NCBI RefSeq assembly: GCF_006345805.1
Contig: NC_043006.1
Location: 83,700,001-83,764,000 of the forward strand
Direction of reading: 5' to 3'
Source of the DNA: Octopus sinensis
Lineage: Eukaryota
Length of the DNA stretch: 64,000 nucleotides
Shown in pieces: positions 1 through 13,677 of the stretch. Position numbers and translations under genes: made by a program. A model generated the notes under the pieces. It did no database searches. It saw only the letters and a list, made by a program, of their open reading frames with translations, and was not told the origin of the DNA. How positions within the stretch are numbered: the stretch's first letter is position 1; each line of letters starts with the position of its first letter.

Positions 1-35
1 AATCATTCGTACCAAATTACCGTTACCTTTATCAA

Positions 36-80
<45 letters not shown>

Positions 81-563
81 ATATTATATGTATAAAAATA
101 CAAACAGGGACAAGAACGTAAAACATTTAGAAGACGATACAAAAAACACGGATGGGACATTCGAAGCCTTCAATCTTCAGTCAAGAACCGGATCATCCTA
201 GCAATTTCGGCTGATTAATCTTGAGATCGCTCCGATCCGGCCAGCCCCAAGGAAAAACTAATCTACGAGCATTAGATTTCTTGGAAGAAGGATCGAATGT
301 ATACGAAACAGGGGCAGAAAAACGGACGATGCCACACGAATATAAAATACAAAAAACAATAATGGTAAAAACAGGACAAAAACAGCGGGTGTCTTACGAC
401 TAATAAAAAGTACAAGTTTAGCTGGTGTATTTGGAAAAAATGCCTTTATCGGCAGACGAAGACAACAGATGTTCTCACGGCAGTGGTCGGAGGCCAAAAG
501 GCTGATTTTGACCAGCGGTCACGTGAGAGAAGAGAAAGAAAAGAAAGGGGGCAAAAGAAACAA

Positions 564-601
<38 letters not shown>

Positions 602-686
602 AATCCAAACGGGAAACAAAAAAACAACAACAATGGAACAATTACAGTATTATTATTAATAGGCGCTCAGGAAATGGAAGCAGGGA

Positions 687-723
687 GGTATGACGTTTCG
701 AGCGGAGCTCTTCGTCGGAAACA
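687..723 (-). ncRNA. Degenerate minimal type I hammerhead motif (U4C)
   Basis: UGUUU CCGACGA A GAGC UCC GCUC GAAAC GUC^AUACC. Same family flanks (ggcgctcaggaaa) as the 46720 copy. Confidence 0.42.
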
Positions 724-894
724 TAAGAAGGAAGAGAGAGAAAGAAAGATCCCAGAGCGGGCAACAGGGATAGAGAAAAAAAACGACTGGTGTTTACGAG
801 TTACACATGGTGAAAGGCGGATGTTTACGATAACAAGAGCAAAGTAGGTTTTTAAAGGCAAAAGAGTGGAGACAAGGTTGGTAACGCAACAGAT

Positions 895-942
<48 letters not shown>

Positions 943-1319
943 CCCAAAATTAAGGAATGCAGTTGATAAAATCCGGGTTACATGTTTCATAGCGAGCGGA
1001 ACCTCGGAAGTAGCAATTACACAAGCGACACCTCGCCTGGATAATTACTACTTCCGAGGTTCTGCTCGCTATGAAACATATCTAGCCTGGATTTTATCTT
1101 CATTCCTTAATTTTTTTAATTCTTATTCGCATACCTGACAACTCTGGTTGCCAACCGTGAACTATGAAATAATTCTTCTCAGCGTTTCGTACTTCGATAC
1201 GGGAAAAATTCATCATCTTCCGCACCATGAGCCACTACTGTTTTTGAAAGTTGTTTTTTATATCTTCTACAGATTGCTTGACGCTCACTTACTTCTTACA
1301 CCTTGATCCTTCGATTTAC

Positions 1320-1367
<48 letters not shown>

Positions 1368-1956
1368 TCGTTACTCTTTTACTTGTTTGAGTCATTTGAC
1401 TGCGACCATGCTGGAGCACCGTCTTTAGTCGAGCAAATCGCCCCCTGGACTTATTCTTTGTAAGCCTAGCACTTATTCTATCGGTCTCCTTTGACGTCAC
1501 AGAACATAAACAACATGAAATACGAAAACATTTTTTGCGAACAACAACAGAAACAAATGGAAAAGAAAAGAAGTAACATAAAGAACGACCCTTCGTCAAT
1601 TGTCGGCTGTTTTTCTACTCCGTATTTCGAGCAATCTACGACAAGATACGTCTCCGACAAAACAAAGCAAATTAAATAAAATTTGGGATTTTGTGGAGGG
1701 TCAAAGTTGGTAACAAAAGCAGGACAGTGAAACAAACAGAAAGGACTGCTAAGCCTTAACGAGGTGAGTTGGCGAACGCTGCAGGAACAAGCTTTGATAG
1801 GAAACAGACACGACTGCGTCTGATCTCTGCCGCTGATCGGAAGGAAAGAAAGAATCTCAAGTTAGGAAAAGAAAGATGGCCGATGGTTATGTGCGAGCAA
1901 CGAGAGAGCAAATATATATATATAAAATTCTTTACACATATGTATATGTGTGTGTG

Positions 1957-2073
<117 letters not shown>

Positions 2074-2496
2074 CACTCCATTATTTCATATATTTTCAAT
2101 TGATATAGATTACATTTGAAATTTATGTAATTGACACAGCTTTACATATTTCCTTCTATACCTACAGTATGCAGAAATATGCCTCTCCGCCGTCATGAGT
2201 TTCATTTATTTCTTTTGTGTATGTGTGTTACTGCGCAGACTTGTTCATATCCAACGAACTGAAATTAAACACAGATAAAACAGAGATGTTCTTGTCCGGT
2301 TGCGACTTAATATAAGTACTGTACAAATTTGCTTTTTGCTAACAGTTGGTCTTAAATTTATTATTTGAGTTAATTTTTTAGCAATAGAGTAACTAATAAA
2401 CGCTATTATTTTTAGTTTTAAAATCTAATTGTATTTTAGTTTTTAAATCTAAATATAAATTTTACCTATAGATGCAATACCTTAAGTATAAATATG

Positions 2497-2641
2497 CTTG
2501 CCCTGTACTTTTCCAGGTCTAATTACTTGCCCTGTACTTTTCCAGGTCTAATTACTTGTCCTGTACTTTTCCAGGTCTAATTACTTGTCCTGTACTTTTC
2601 CAGGTCTAATTACTTGTCCTGTACTTTTCTAGGCTTAATAA
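2497..2641. repeat. Minisatellite, 5 x 29 bp
   Basis: Unit cttg(c/t)cctgtacttttccaggtctaatta at 2497, 2526, 2555, 2584 and 2613 (last one diverged). Confidence 0.95.
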
Positions 2642-3849
2642 CTTAAGAATATCAGCCTCCATACGTCCGCATTTTTTAATTCTAATCCACTTTTTTCCAG
2701 GTAATTAAACTAATAAATAGTGACAATTGATAATTTATAATCTTACCTGGTTAAAAAATTTTCTTTTGTTAAATAATTTTTCAATTATTTTTCATGTTTG
2801 ATCATTGAATTAAAATAAGAATAAGTATTAATCTAAATAAATAAAAACTGAATTATAAGAGCACTTTAGTTACACTGGCTCATGATAAAATCGAAAATTG
2901 TAACTAAGATTAGAAAATGAGCGAATGTAGAGAAAATTATTAGAATAAATTAACAGAAATAGATTTATGCAAGAAAGGTGGTGCGTACACTTCAAGCTGT
3001 GTTATATTGCCAACATATTAAATAAGTTATAAATATGTGCTAGTTTGTTAGGTCATGGCAAAAAATAAACAAAAAATCGGTGAGTGGTGAATCCGCCATT
3101 TTTTTTATTGTTGTAGTCAAAAACGCAAGTTGCTGTGCTGGAAATGCTAAATATTAATTCAAACTACCTAAATACAAGATATAAACAATCAAACAGTCAT
3201 TCAAAGTAAAAAGTTAATTAATTATGGGAATTATAATTGTAAGCTTAATTAAGTATTCAGTCATTAATTATTAATTAAAGCAAGCAAAAGAAAAACGTAA
3301 TGCACCTATTTGATTCAAACTATTCATACATTTTTTTGTTTTTATTTGTTTTTAACACGCACGCGCGCCCTTCTTGTTTTTATTTTAAAGTTTTTTGGTT
3401 TAAAATTTTTTTTAATTTTGGGGGTCATATATTTTATAATTAAGATAGTAAGAAATAAATTATAGTATAATTGTCAAACAGACATGAACTTTTTTTTATT
3501 AGGAGAAGGTTTCAAATTAAATTTTAAGAATTCTTTTATTTAACTAAATTCAGAAAATTGATTCAAAAACGAAATTAAAGATCAATTCTGCAAATAAAGA
3601 CCAGCTCTGATATTTTTTGACTAAATTTTGATGTATTAAGACTAGAAGTATGAATTCACACACACACACACACACAGTAACATATCTGGATTAAAGAAAA
3701 AAGGAGGATGAAGATTAAAAGATCAACCACAACCGTGGTTGTATGATATCTGTGCGCATGTGTGTGTGAGTATGTGTGTAAGTTTTTATATGTTCAGTTA
3801 AAATTAAGGAAGTAGATTAGAAAATTGGCGGCAATCATCTATCTGTCTC

Positions 3850-3899
<50 letters not shown>

Positions 3900-5079
3900 T
3901 CTCTTTCTCGCTCTCTGTCTACATTTTTGGCGAGGATATGTTGTTATTTCTAGCATTTGAAGTGTCTCCAAATAGGCTGTACTCACATAGTAGCTAAGAA
4001 AACAAGAAAAAAGAACGCGTCTGCGATGCAAGGGAGACAACTGTGTATATTTTACATGTAATAGTTTATATGCAATGGAGACAACTATGTTTTATATATA
4101 ACAGCTATATATATATATATATATAATAACAAATTAATAAATAAAACATATGCATACATACATACATACATACATACATACATACATACATACATACACA
4201 TACATACATACATACATACATATATGTACATACCGACATCTATATGTATATATACATGCATATATGGGTACAGGACACCAAAAAACGTAGAACACAACGA
4301 GAAACGAAAACATAAAAACAAAAACATGGAAACGGACTTTTTCAAACAACGAAAAAACAGAGTACAAGACATACAACACAAGGAACATTCCCCTTCTTCA
4401 GCTGCCCCTGCTTCGACTACTCAGTGTTTCGAAGGTAAGGGCAAGACACGACTTCATTGAAACAACCCTTCCCGCAAAGCTTATTAAATAAAATTTGGGA
4501 TTTTTTGCGGAGGGGTAAAAATGGTGTCAAGAACAGGACAGTAAAAACAAAACAAGACAGTAAAAGCAATACAAATAAAAACAGTAAAAGACAGGACAAG
4601 GAGAATAACACAGTAAAAAGAAACGATAAGGGCTTTTAAGCCTAGACGATGGAAAAATTAATTTGAACGCATTTAGAAAACGGCTTATGAGGACAGGAGA
4701 AGCCGTTGTAGACTTGTTGAATGAAGGCAGTAGTCAGAAAGAAAGTTAGTTATCCTCTGGTCAGCGACGAGAGGGTGGAGGAGGAGTAAGAGTGAGGGAA
4801 CAGTGAAAGGGAAAGGAAAAGAATAGGGAAGGGTGGGAGAGAAAACCAGAAAGGATGAAAAATAAGAGAGGGAGAGAGACAGGCAGGGAAGAAGACAGAC
4901 AGGCTGGGAGGAAACTAGGGAGGAAAGGTCAAGTTAAGAGTTAAGTGTGCGCATCATAATTATTAAGATAAAACTTACTTGGAAGTGGATATATATAATA
5001 TAAATAATATATTTATATATATATGTGTGTGCATATATACATACGTATATGTACATACATCTATACCTATATATATATA

Positions 5080-5140
<61 letters not shown>

Positions 5141-5146
<6 letters not shown>

Positions 5147-6229
5147 ATATAGGATAAAGTTTTTTTCTCTACAGAAAAGAATTCCATCAAGAAATGTGGC
5201 AGCATATTAAAAAATACCTTTACGGTTAAAATTATAAACAACTTATAAGCAAGGGCTAAAGAAGGTTATTCTAAAGCCAACATACTGATATTCCACATTT
5301 TATCCACTTGCTACAGAAAAAGTGAACTGAAGTCGGGCAAACTAACCGTTAGAATATTTAAGTTTCGTTATCTCTATATTGAATCAATTTCAGAATTAAT
5401 CTCATAAAGGATTTATTCTTCATCGGTAGAGCTTACGAGAGAATATAAGTAAGATACTTACATGCGCCTATGAAAAAAGCCGAAGCAAAGAACATAAGTA
5501 CATTTAAGTATCTCAGTTATATCTAAAAATAAAAATTCTTTGGTCAGCCTCAGAACTACGTGTTGACTGTTCGCCGCTACAGATTGTAATGGTTACCAGT
5601 CCCTATAGCAAGCAGTAATAAGTCTACTACTAATATAGGATGAAGTTTTTTTCTCTACAGAAAAGAATTCCATCAAGAAATGTGGCAGCATATTAAAAAA
5701 TACCTTTACGTTAAAATTATAAACAACTTATAAGCAAGGGCTAAAGAAGGTTATTCTAAAGCCAACATACTGATATTCCACATTTTATCCACTTGCTACA
5801 GAAAAAGTGAACTGAAGTCGGGCAAACTAACCGTTAGAATATTTAAGTTTCGTTATCTCTATATTGAATCAATTTCAGAATTAATCTCATAAAGGATTTA
5901 TTCTTCATCGGTAGAGCTTACGAGAGAATATAAGTAAGATACTTACATGCGCCTATGAAAAAAGCCGAAGCAAAGAACATAAGTACATTTAAGTATCTCA
6001 GTTATATCTAAAAATAAAAATTCTTTGGTCAGCCTCAGAACTACGTGTTGACTGTTCGCCGCTACAGATTGTAATGGTTACCAGTCCCTATAGCAAGCAG
6101 TAATAAGTCTACTACTAATATAGGATGAAGTTTTTTTCTCTACAGAAAAGAATTCCATCAAGAAATGTGGCAGCATATTAAAAAATACCTTTACGGTTAA
6201 AATCATAAACAACTTATAAGCAAGGGCTA
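5141..6229. repeat. Tandem duplication, ~486-bp unit x 2.2
   Basis: ctactaatatagga... recurs at 5141, 5627 and 6112, and the copies are nearly identical. Confidence 0.95.
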
Positions 6230-6283
6230 TATATAATCAGTGTATTGGCTTTAGAATAATCTTCTTTAGCCCTTGCTTATAAG

Positions 6284-6338
<55 letters not shown>

Positions 6339-6984
6339 TATGTGGGCACATGACGTCATGAAACGTGTACAATAAGAAATACGAAGTACGAGTACAATGA
6401 ATAGGAACTATTTTTTCGTACAACGAAAAACACAAATGCAAAATAAGACTAAAAATATCAAGAACGACCCTTCGTCAGTTGTTGGCTGTTTTTCTACTCT
6501 CGTATTTGGAGCATTTCACAACATGATACGCTTTCGATAAAACAGTTGCTCCCGCAAAGCAAATTAAATAAAAATTTGGGTTTTTGCGGAGGGTCAAAAT
6601 CGGTAACAAAAACAGGACGGTAAAAATAAAGAGGAACGGCTGCTAAACCTAAACGAGGTTGTGATGGCGAACGCGTAGATCAAGCTTGGACAGGAGACAG
6701 ACAAGAACACGTCTTCCTTGATCCAGCTACAACGGAGAGAAAGAAACACAAGTTAGGAGAAGAAAGAAAGGTGGCCGATGGTTACGTGGAAGCCACGTGA
6801 GCAAGGGAGGAAGAGTGAGGGAGAGAGAGTGACAGACAGAGAACTGTGAAGGAGAGAGGAAAAAATTGAAGATAGGATAAGTGAGAAAAAAAACAGAAGG
6901 GGAGAAGGGGGTGTAGAAGACTAAGAGAAAGGAAGAGAGAAAAAAACGAAAGAGTGATAGGATAGAATAGTGGGAGAAGGCAGC

Positions 6985-7215
6985 GAGCTGGCAGAAACGT
7001 TAGCACGTCGGGCGAAATGCGTAGCCGTATTTCGTCTGCCGTTACGTTCTGAGTTCAAATTCCGCCGAGGTCGACTTTGCCTTTCATCCTTTCGGGGTCG
7101 ATGAATTAAGTACCAGTTACACACCGGGGTCGATATAATCGACTGAATCCGTTTGTCTGTCCTTGTTTGTCCCCTCTGTGTGTAGTCCCTTGTGGGCAGT
7201 AAAGAAATAAGAATA
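6985..7215 (+). mobile_element. SINE with Meta-like central domain, representative of >=12 copies
   Basis: gttctgagttcaaattccgccgaggtcgactttgcctttcatcctttcggggtcgat...aagtaccagt. Copies lie near 15675, 16855, 31200(-), 34375, 35700, 40200, 40430, 42735(-), 44125, 50085(-), 56215 and 56430. Confidence 0.75.
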
Positions 7216-8395
7216 GTGGGAGAAGAGGCGGTAGAAGAGAGAAAAATGAAAGAGTAAAAAGATAAAATAGAGTGCGCATCAGGATTATTAAGATAAAACT
7301 TACTTAGAAGAGGATACGTGGAGTTCAATCGTATAATAATATATGCATATATATATATATGTGTGTGTGTGTGATAATTAAAAATATATGCATACATACA
7401 AACATATATGTATGTACCTACATCTACATGTATATATACATGCATATATAAATAAATATACGTAAGTACAGGACGCCACAACAAGACGTAGAAACGGGAA
7501 GAACAAAAATTTAACGACAAGTACAGGACAGGCTACACAAGGAAAAATCCAAAAATTTTTTACAACAAGAAAACAAGTACAGGACAAGCTACACAAGGAA
7601 AAATCCACCGTCATCAGCTGTCGCTAGTTAACTCAGGCGTGTTTCGAAGGCAAGACAGGACACTCGTTAACTAGGCCTTCCTGCGAGGAGAATTAAAATA
7701 AAATTCTAAGCAGCGGGGTAAAACGGGTAAGAACACAAACAGGATGTAACAATAAAACTACACAATAAAATACAAGATAAAAATACATGTACAAAAAATA
7801 CAAGACGAGAAATAAAAAGGGAATGCAATACGGGAAATCAAACAAACAAGAGGACAAATGAGAAAAACCAAACAGACGAAAAAGGCCTTTTTTTGACTAG
7901 ACGAAAGATGTTGTGTGGCAGCGTAGGGAAGCAAGACTTTTCAGTAGCAGAGGCAGCGTGCGAAAGAGAGAAAGATTTTAAGCTGGGAGTGAGAAAGAAG
8001 GAAGGAGGAGGGGGACACGCGGCTAAGAGAGAGAAAAGGGGAAGAGTGAGAGGGAGCGAGAGTGGAGAGGGTAAAGCAAAGGGAGAGAATTGCGCGTCTT
8101 AAATATTTATATAGAAATTGAATGGAGACAAAAAGTGGAACGAACCGACAAATCGAAACGAACCTGACGCGGGGCGCTGTCAGACAATAATGTGATAATT
8201 AAAAATATATGCATACATACAAACATATATGTACGTACCTACATCTACATGTATATATACATGCATATATAAATAAATATACGTAAGTACAGGACGCCAC
8301 AACAAGACGTAGAAACGGGAAAAACAAAAATTTATATATATATATGACAAAAAAATGTAAGTGACGATAGACCATGTGCCTATATAGCAGAAAAG

Positions 8396-8451
<56 letters not shown>

Positions 8452-9854
8452 TAATCCCTTCTAATATATAGGCACATGGTCTATTACTTTTTTTGTCATG
8501 TTTTATCTTATACCTTTTTTTGTACAAAATTTTATTACATAAAATTAGCATTTTAAAATTCCTATCGTTTTGATTTGTCATTTGAGCTTAAATAAAATAT
8601 AGTCAGTTGAAAGTGGTATTTGAATGCAGATTGTCCCATACTCTCTGCTTCCATCGATCCTCAATTGTCTGCATTTTGTATTTATAATTATGCAAATTTC
8701 TCTTGGCCCAAATTATACATAACCTTTTCTATATGTGAAAACCAATCCACTACTTTGCAAGCTTCAATACACAAAGCTATGCTGATCAGATCATATAGAA
8801 TAAGATGCAGGTCCATCGCCATCCTTCACCTGTAAACAAAGATTTACTGTTCCTTTCTTATGCATGTAAAACAACTTGAAAAATAATGTTTTTTCTTGGA
8901 ATTGTCTCTCCGTCTCTTAGAGACTTCCCAACATTAGCTTCTGCTGTTGGTTATGTATACACACGTTTGTGAGTAGGTGTGCATGAGTGTGTGTTTACAT
9001 GTATGTGTGTGTGTGTGTGTGTTTATATATACATATACATATTTATTTATTCAAGTTTATCACATCGTAACTCATCTCTCTAATTTTGTCACAGATTGGC
9101 TGACCGAAAATTCTAAGATTTTTCAATTCTATTTCACTATTATCGGCATTTGCTGTTTCATTAAATTATGTTACCCAAATCCAAAAAGAATATTTTTCTC
9201 CCTCGTGACCACTCTAACTCTGCCCTCCTCTCTCTCACTGCCTGACTTTGTCCTCCTCTCTCTCACTGCCTCACTCTGTCTCTGTCTCTCTCTCTCTCTC
9301 TCTCTGGCAATTTACCACTTGATTCGCCAACACTTCCCCCCTCTTCCACCAGCCCCACCACCACAGGGTATAAACTAGCGCACACACTCGGATTCCCCTA
9401 CTTGATTTTCAATACCTCCGCCGAAAGAAAACGAATTTCAGAAGATGCTCAGATAAGAAACTTTGTCTTTTCAACCTCGTTCATCTACTCCTCTATTTCT
9501 GCACAGATCATAAACCCCTTATTAGTTCTTTTCGTTATTCTATCTATTTCATTACCACGTAAACATAGTTTCAATAGTTTCGTCTTCCTCGTTGTTGTCT
9601 TAAGTTGATGCATATCCGTTAATCGTCACATATTTATTTAGTCAAGTTTATCACATTGTAACACATCTCTCAAAATTTGTCACAGATTGGCTGACCGAAA
9701 ATTCTAAGATTTTTCAATTCTATTTCATTATTATCGGCGTTTGCTGTTTCATTAGATTATATTACCCCAAATCCCAAAGAATATTTTTCTCCCTCGTGTT
9801 CTATGCCTGACCACCTTAACTAGCCCCCTCTCCCCCCTCTCTCTCTCTGCCTCA

Positions 9855-9893
<39 letters not shown>

Positions 9894-10215
9894 GATTTAC
9901 CACTTGATTCACCAACACTTTCCCCCTCTTTCACCACCACCACCCTATATAAACTAGCGCATGCACCCGGATTCCCCTACTCGATTTTAATAACTACCCC
10001 GAAAGAATACAAATCCAGAAGATGCTCCTGTCTAAATTTGCTAGCTCACGGTACGCCCGTCCTCCCACCCCGTACTTAAATTTTTAATATTCAGTTATTT
10101 TTATTTATCATTTGTATTTCTATTCATTTGTATATGTTAAGTAAGATTATATTGAAGATATAGAGTATCATGGAGGTATATAAGCGGTAGGGGTAGTGAA
10201 ATGTTGAGGAATCCA

Positions 10216-10313
10216 GACCTGAAGATTGGGAGTATGTCAACCCGATTAAGTATTGAAACTAGATACCTCGTGTCTTATCAATACTGACGTACTTTCATGA
10301 AACACGTGTAGTC
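10216..10313 (+). ncRNA. Type I hammerhead ribozyme candidate, 13-bp stem II, 45-nt loop
   Basis: GAC CUGAAGA U UGGGAGUAUGUCA [45 nt] UGACGUACUUUCA U GAAAC ACGU GUA^GUC. The core is intact, with U.U at 10.1-11.1 and a 3-bp stem I. Confidence 0.62.
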
Positions 10314-10450
10314 ATATAAACGGGAAATACAGGATTCAGAATAGATATAGTTAGTATAAGATTTAATATTTAACACTTTATGGAGTGGTTGGGTATAAAA
10401 TCTTTCAGTGTTGATTGAGTTGAAGGTGGTTCTGCCTCTAAAACTACTTT

Positions 10451-10518
<68 letters not shown>

Positions 10519-11218
10519 AGAGAGAGGGGGGGGAGAAATATCATTATTTCTAATTCTCTCTAAAGGAGACTATGGCAGCAGTACTGCCAAGCTAACATGG
10601 CAGTCCAGAAAAATAGGACGAATGCTGCTGTTGATTAGCTCCAAGAGGCCATCGCCTCTAGCTAGCTATGTGACACACAAACCTGTGTCCATTATAACCT
10701 TCAAACAGGGAAGGTCAGCAGCTTCCCCTTGCTGGTCTGGCATCCACAGACTAGTTTCGAGGTGGTTGCCTCTTATCAATGTGGAGTAGCCGAACCCAGC
10801 AGTCATCGCTGTTGACCGACTGTTCGAACGATTATTTACCTAAATTCAAAAATAGAAATATCATTATGGTGGTGGTGGTTCTTTATAATGTGAATTTCTT
10901 AACCACACACCAATGTTTGTGTATAAAATACCACACACACACACACACACACACACATAAATAAGGAAAATGACTAGAATATACATGAGTTTTCACTAGG
11001 TGGTCTGCACTAAAAAGGCTCAAGGATTAAATTTCCAAAAGCTGAAACTTGGGTATGTGGATGTCCCTAAACGGCATAATCTTTCATAGTTGTGCTTTTG
11101 TATGTAATAATTCTTTCCATTTCCTCGCATACTTTTACAGTGGTTTAATTATGACTTTAGCTCTTATTTCTAGCAGGTTGATGCTTTTCTGCATCCTAAT
11201 GCTTTGTGCTAATTTGTT

Positions 11219-11250
<32 letters not shown>

Positions 11251-11258
<8 letters not shown>

Positions 11259-11625
11259 GGCAGTTTGTCTGTGTGTGTTTCTGTGTATCTATTTGGTTGT
11301 ACCCTCACCCTGACCACGGCTTTCAACCGATTCTGATGAAACTTGACACACACATAGCCCAATGTCATAATTCAAAACTAACGCAGCGAAAAGTTTGAAA
11401 AGTTCCCCCAGTTCTGAAAAAAATCGATAAATTCGACATGGGGTCGAGAATCAGAAACACAAACCACAAACTGTCTAGGGGACGCAACTCGACCTTTTTA
11501 ACTCTCACAAAAAAATTTACCATCATTTTTTTTCCATTTTTTTGCTATTTTTTGGCTATAACTCTCTAAAAATGCTTTAGAGTTATTTCCCTTACAAACC
11601 TGAGCAACGCCGGGCGATACTGCTA

Positions 11626-11626
<1 letters not shown>
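11251..11626 (+). mobile_element. Non-autonomous Helitron-type element
   Basis: Starts in (TA)n-TATAAA and ends with hairpin cc(t)gagcaacgccggg followed by gatactgCTAG|T. Confidence 0.7.
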
Positions 11627-11667
<41 letters not shown>

Positions 11668-11682
11668 ATATACATACACACA

Positions 11683-11901
11683 TAAAGGGGGGCTGAAAAG
11701 TTCCTGGCTTTGGGTAAAAGAAAATACAGGCAGATCAGTTAATTATGATTCTATTCGACATATTCCCCTCTCAGATTCACACACTTATTGCAGTGGTCCT
11801 TCATTTTATCTAAGCCCACTGCAAGAACTCAGAAGGTTGGGCCTTCAACCAGGCCTTTCACAATACCCATAAAGCCAGGAAATTTTCAATACACCCTTGT
11901 A
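11683..11901. mobile_element. Mariner-type MITE (second copy 51555-51766)
   Basis: TIR ggggctgaaaagttcctggcttt / aaagccaggaaattttcaatacaccc, TA-flanked. The same family recurs at 51555-51766. Confidence 0.75.
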
Positions 11902-12385
11902 TATATATATATATGATGTATCGTATAAATCTTGAGATTTAAGAAAAATAATAAGAATATACATGAGCACAAGTGTGGCTGGGGGAGCAGTAGGGGCAGT
12001 TCACACCAGGTTGCACTTTTGGGTCTGCTCTAGGCAATATGTTTTTAGTAGGGTCCAGGGGCAGAAAATGGAAGGGCCACCCCGGGCGGCACACAATCTA
12101 GCCATGCTAGTGTATATGAGCTATATAGAGTCTAGAAAAATCACAGAAAAATGTCACAATTTTGACTAGGAAAAAAGTCACTGGAAAAAATGTCATATTA
12201 TATTGAAGTACTATAAACTTGCATACTTTAACAATATGGATTTGGGTTTGATCTGGTGCATGGTTATGAATTTAGCCTGTCTCTGGATTTTTTCTCTACA
12301 TTTGTCATAATACTGTCCTGGGTCTTCTACCACAACTTGGTTCTACAAGTGGCATATTTGGTATTCGTGAACCCAATACATTGTA

Positions 12386-12951
12386 TTGGGTTGTCCAGAA
12401 AGTTTGTGCCGATTTATAGTAGCTTACCTTTCGACTTATTTTAGAACATGGTTGAGTCCATAAAATAGGATTTGACTACACCTCCATTTAGAGCACAGTT
12501 TAACCTATCTTTTCGTGGAAGAAGATTTATGTCCCTAGAACCTGTGTTAATTCTGTAACCCTTTAAAATGGGAGATAAGAAAGTTCATTTTCGGCACTTG
12601 ATGCTTTGGAAACCAGACAAAAATTGCTACAGCTCGGCTGGGATGTGTTACCCCACCCTCCATATTCACCAGATATTGCTCCTTCGGATTTACACTTATT
12701 CAGATCTCTGCAGAATAGCCTTAATGGTAAAAACTTCAATTCCTTGAATGACATAAAAAAATACCTTGATGAATTCTTTGCCATGAAACCCCCTCAATTC
12801 TGGGAAGAGGGTATTTTCAAGTTAAAGTAAAGATGGAGACACATTGTGCAACAAAATGGTTCATATTTGGTTGATTAAAAATGTAATGGCAAGTATTTAT
12901 TGACCTTTTTCTTTCTTTTAAAAATCGGAATGAACTTTCCGGACAACCCAA
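12386..12951 (+). mobile_element. Internally deleted mariner (DD34D) element
   Basis: TIRs ttgggttgtccagaaagtttgtgccgattt / aaatcggaatgaactttccggacaacccaa with TA TSDs. The transposase N-terminus MGDKKVHFRHLML is fused directly to the C-terminus WDVLPHPPYSPDIAPSDLHLFRSLQN. Confidence 0.9.
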
Positions 12952-13298
12952 TATAAGATTTTTTGAACCGTGCTTATTACTATCAATAATTTCCAAGTGA
13001 GGAAGCATAAAATATTTTTCACTGAATACAAATATTGTAGATTCACAACAGTACTGAGCTCTGAGCCTCCTACTATTCACACTGTCTTTTTTCCAGTGAC
13101 ATTTTTCAATGTTTTTTTTTTCCCCATTGTCTTTTTACTTAGACTTGATCCATATAAACATTTAGAGTGGTACAGAAAGTGACAAGAACATAGAGAAATA
13201 CAGAAATACAGAATGACTGAAGTGCAAATATCAGAGGAGTGAGAGCCTTCTGCACACTAAAAACAATTAGTGTAGATTCACACATATCTAATATAGTG

Positions 13299-13505
13299 AG
13301 GGTATCTAAGAGATACCACCACGCTGGAAATAGCAGCCAAAACTTGACTCTAAAACCACATTAAATGTTCATACAGCACCAGGAGAGAAGACTAGTTTAT
13401 TTTGTCTTTTTGTCTTCTCTCCTGGTGCTGTGTGAACATTTAATGTGGTTTTAGAGTCAAGTTTTGGCTGCTATTTCAAGCATGGTGGTATTTCTTAGAT
13501 ACCCT
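13299..13505. repeat. 94-bp-arm palindrome (MITE-like)
   Basis: agggtatctaagagataccacc...gagagaagac (13299-13392) pairs with gtcttctctcc...agataccct (13412-13505), with a few mismatches. Confidence 0.9.
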
Positions 13506-13630
13506 TGATTATAATTTTAATAATAATTATTACGTTTGAAGTTTTTATTCCCATGCTGGCCACTTGATAAGTTCGATAATTAAATTAACGATCTTATCCT
13601 TATTTATATAAATAAATATACATACATATA

Positions 13631-13677
<47 letters not shown>

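Noticed and set aside
1180-1225. AUGAUGAA...GUAU-CGAA-GUAC-GAAAC-GCU hammerhead-like string (minus)
   Set aside because: C3 is changed, there is no NUH triplet or stem I, and a 9-nt insertion interrupts it. Too decayed to call.
2900-3400. Promoter-like region (AAAATGGCGG on minus strand, CG-rich patch, gtgagt donor at 3080)
   Set aside because: The motifs are suggestive only, and no associated coding exon was identified in the window.
5365-5430. CCGAUGAAG...CGAAAC on the minus strand in the 486-bp unit
   Set aside because: No pairing for stems I or II could be found, so it is treated as chance.
8500-8842. Possible terminal exon of a minus-strand gene (ttgtttacag| acceptor, downstream AATAAA)
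   Set aside because: All frames stop within ~15 codons, there is no recognisable protein, and no partner exons were found.
11325-11350. CTGATGAAAC motif
   Set aside because: It is part of the Helitron-type element body (ccgattctgatgaaacttg), with no stem II between the two half-cores.
13299-13505. Palindrome tested for hammerhead halves
   Set aside because: Unlike the other palindromes, it has no GAAAY-stem III-NUH in its arms, so it is kept only as a MITE-like repeat.
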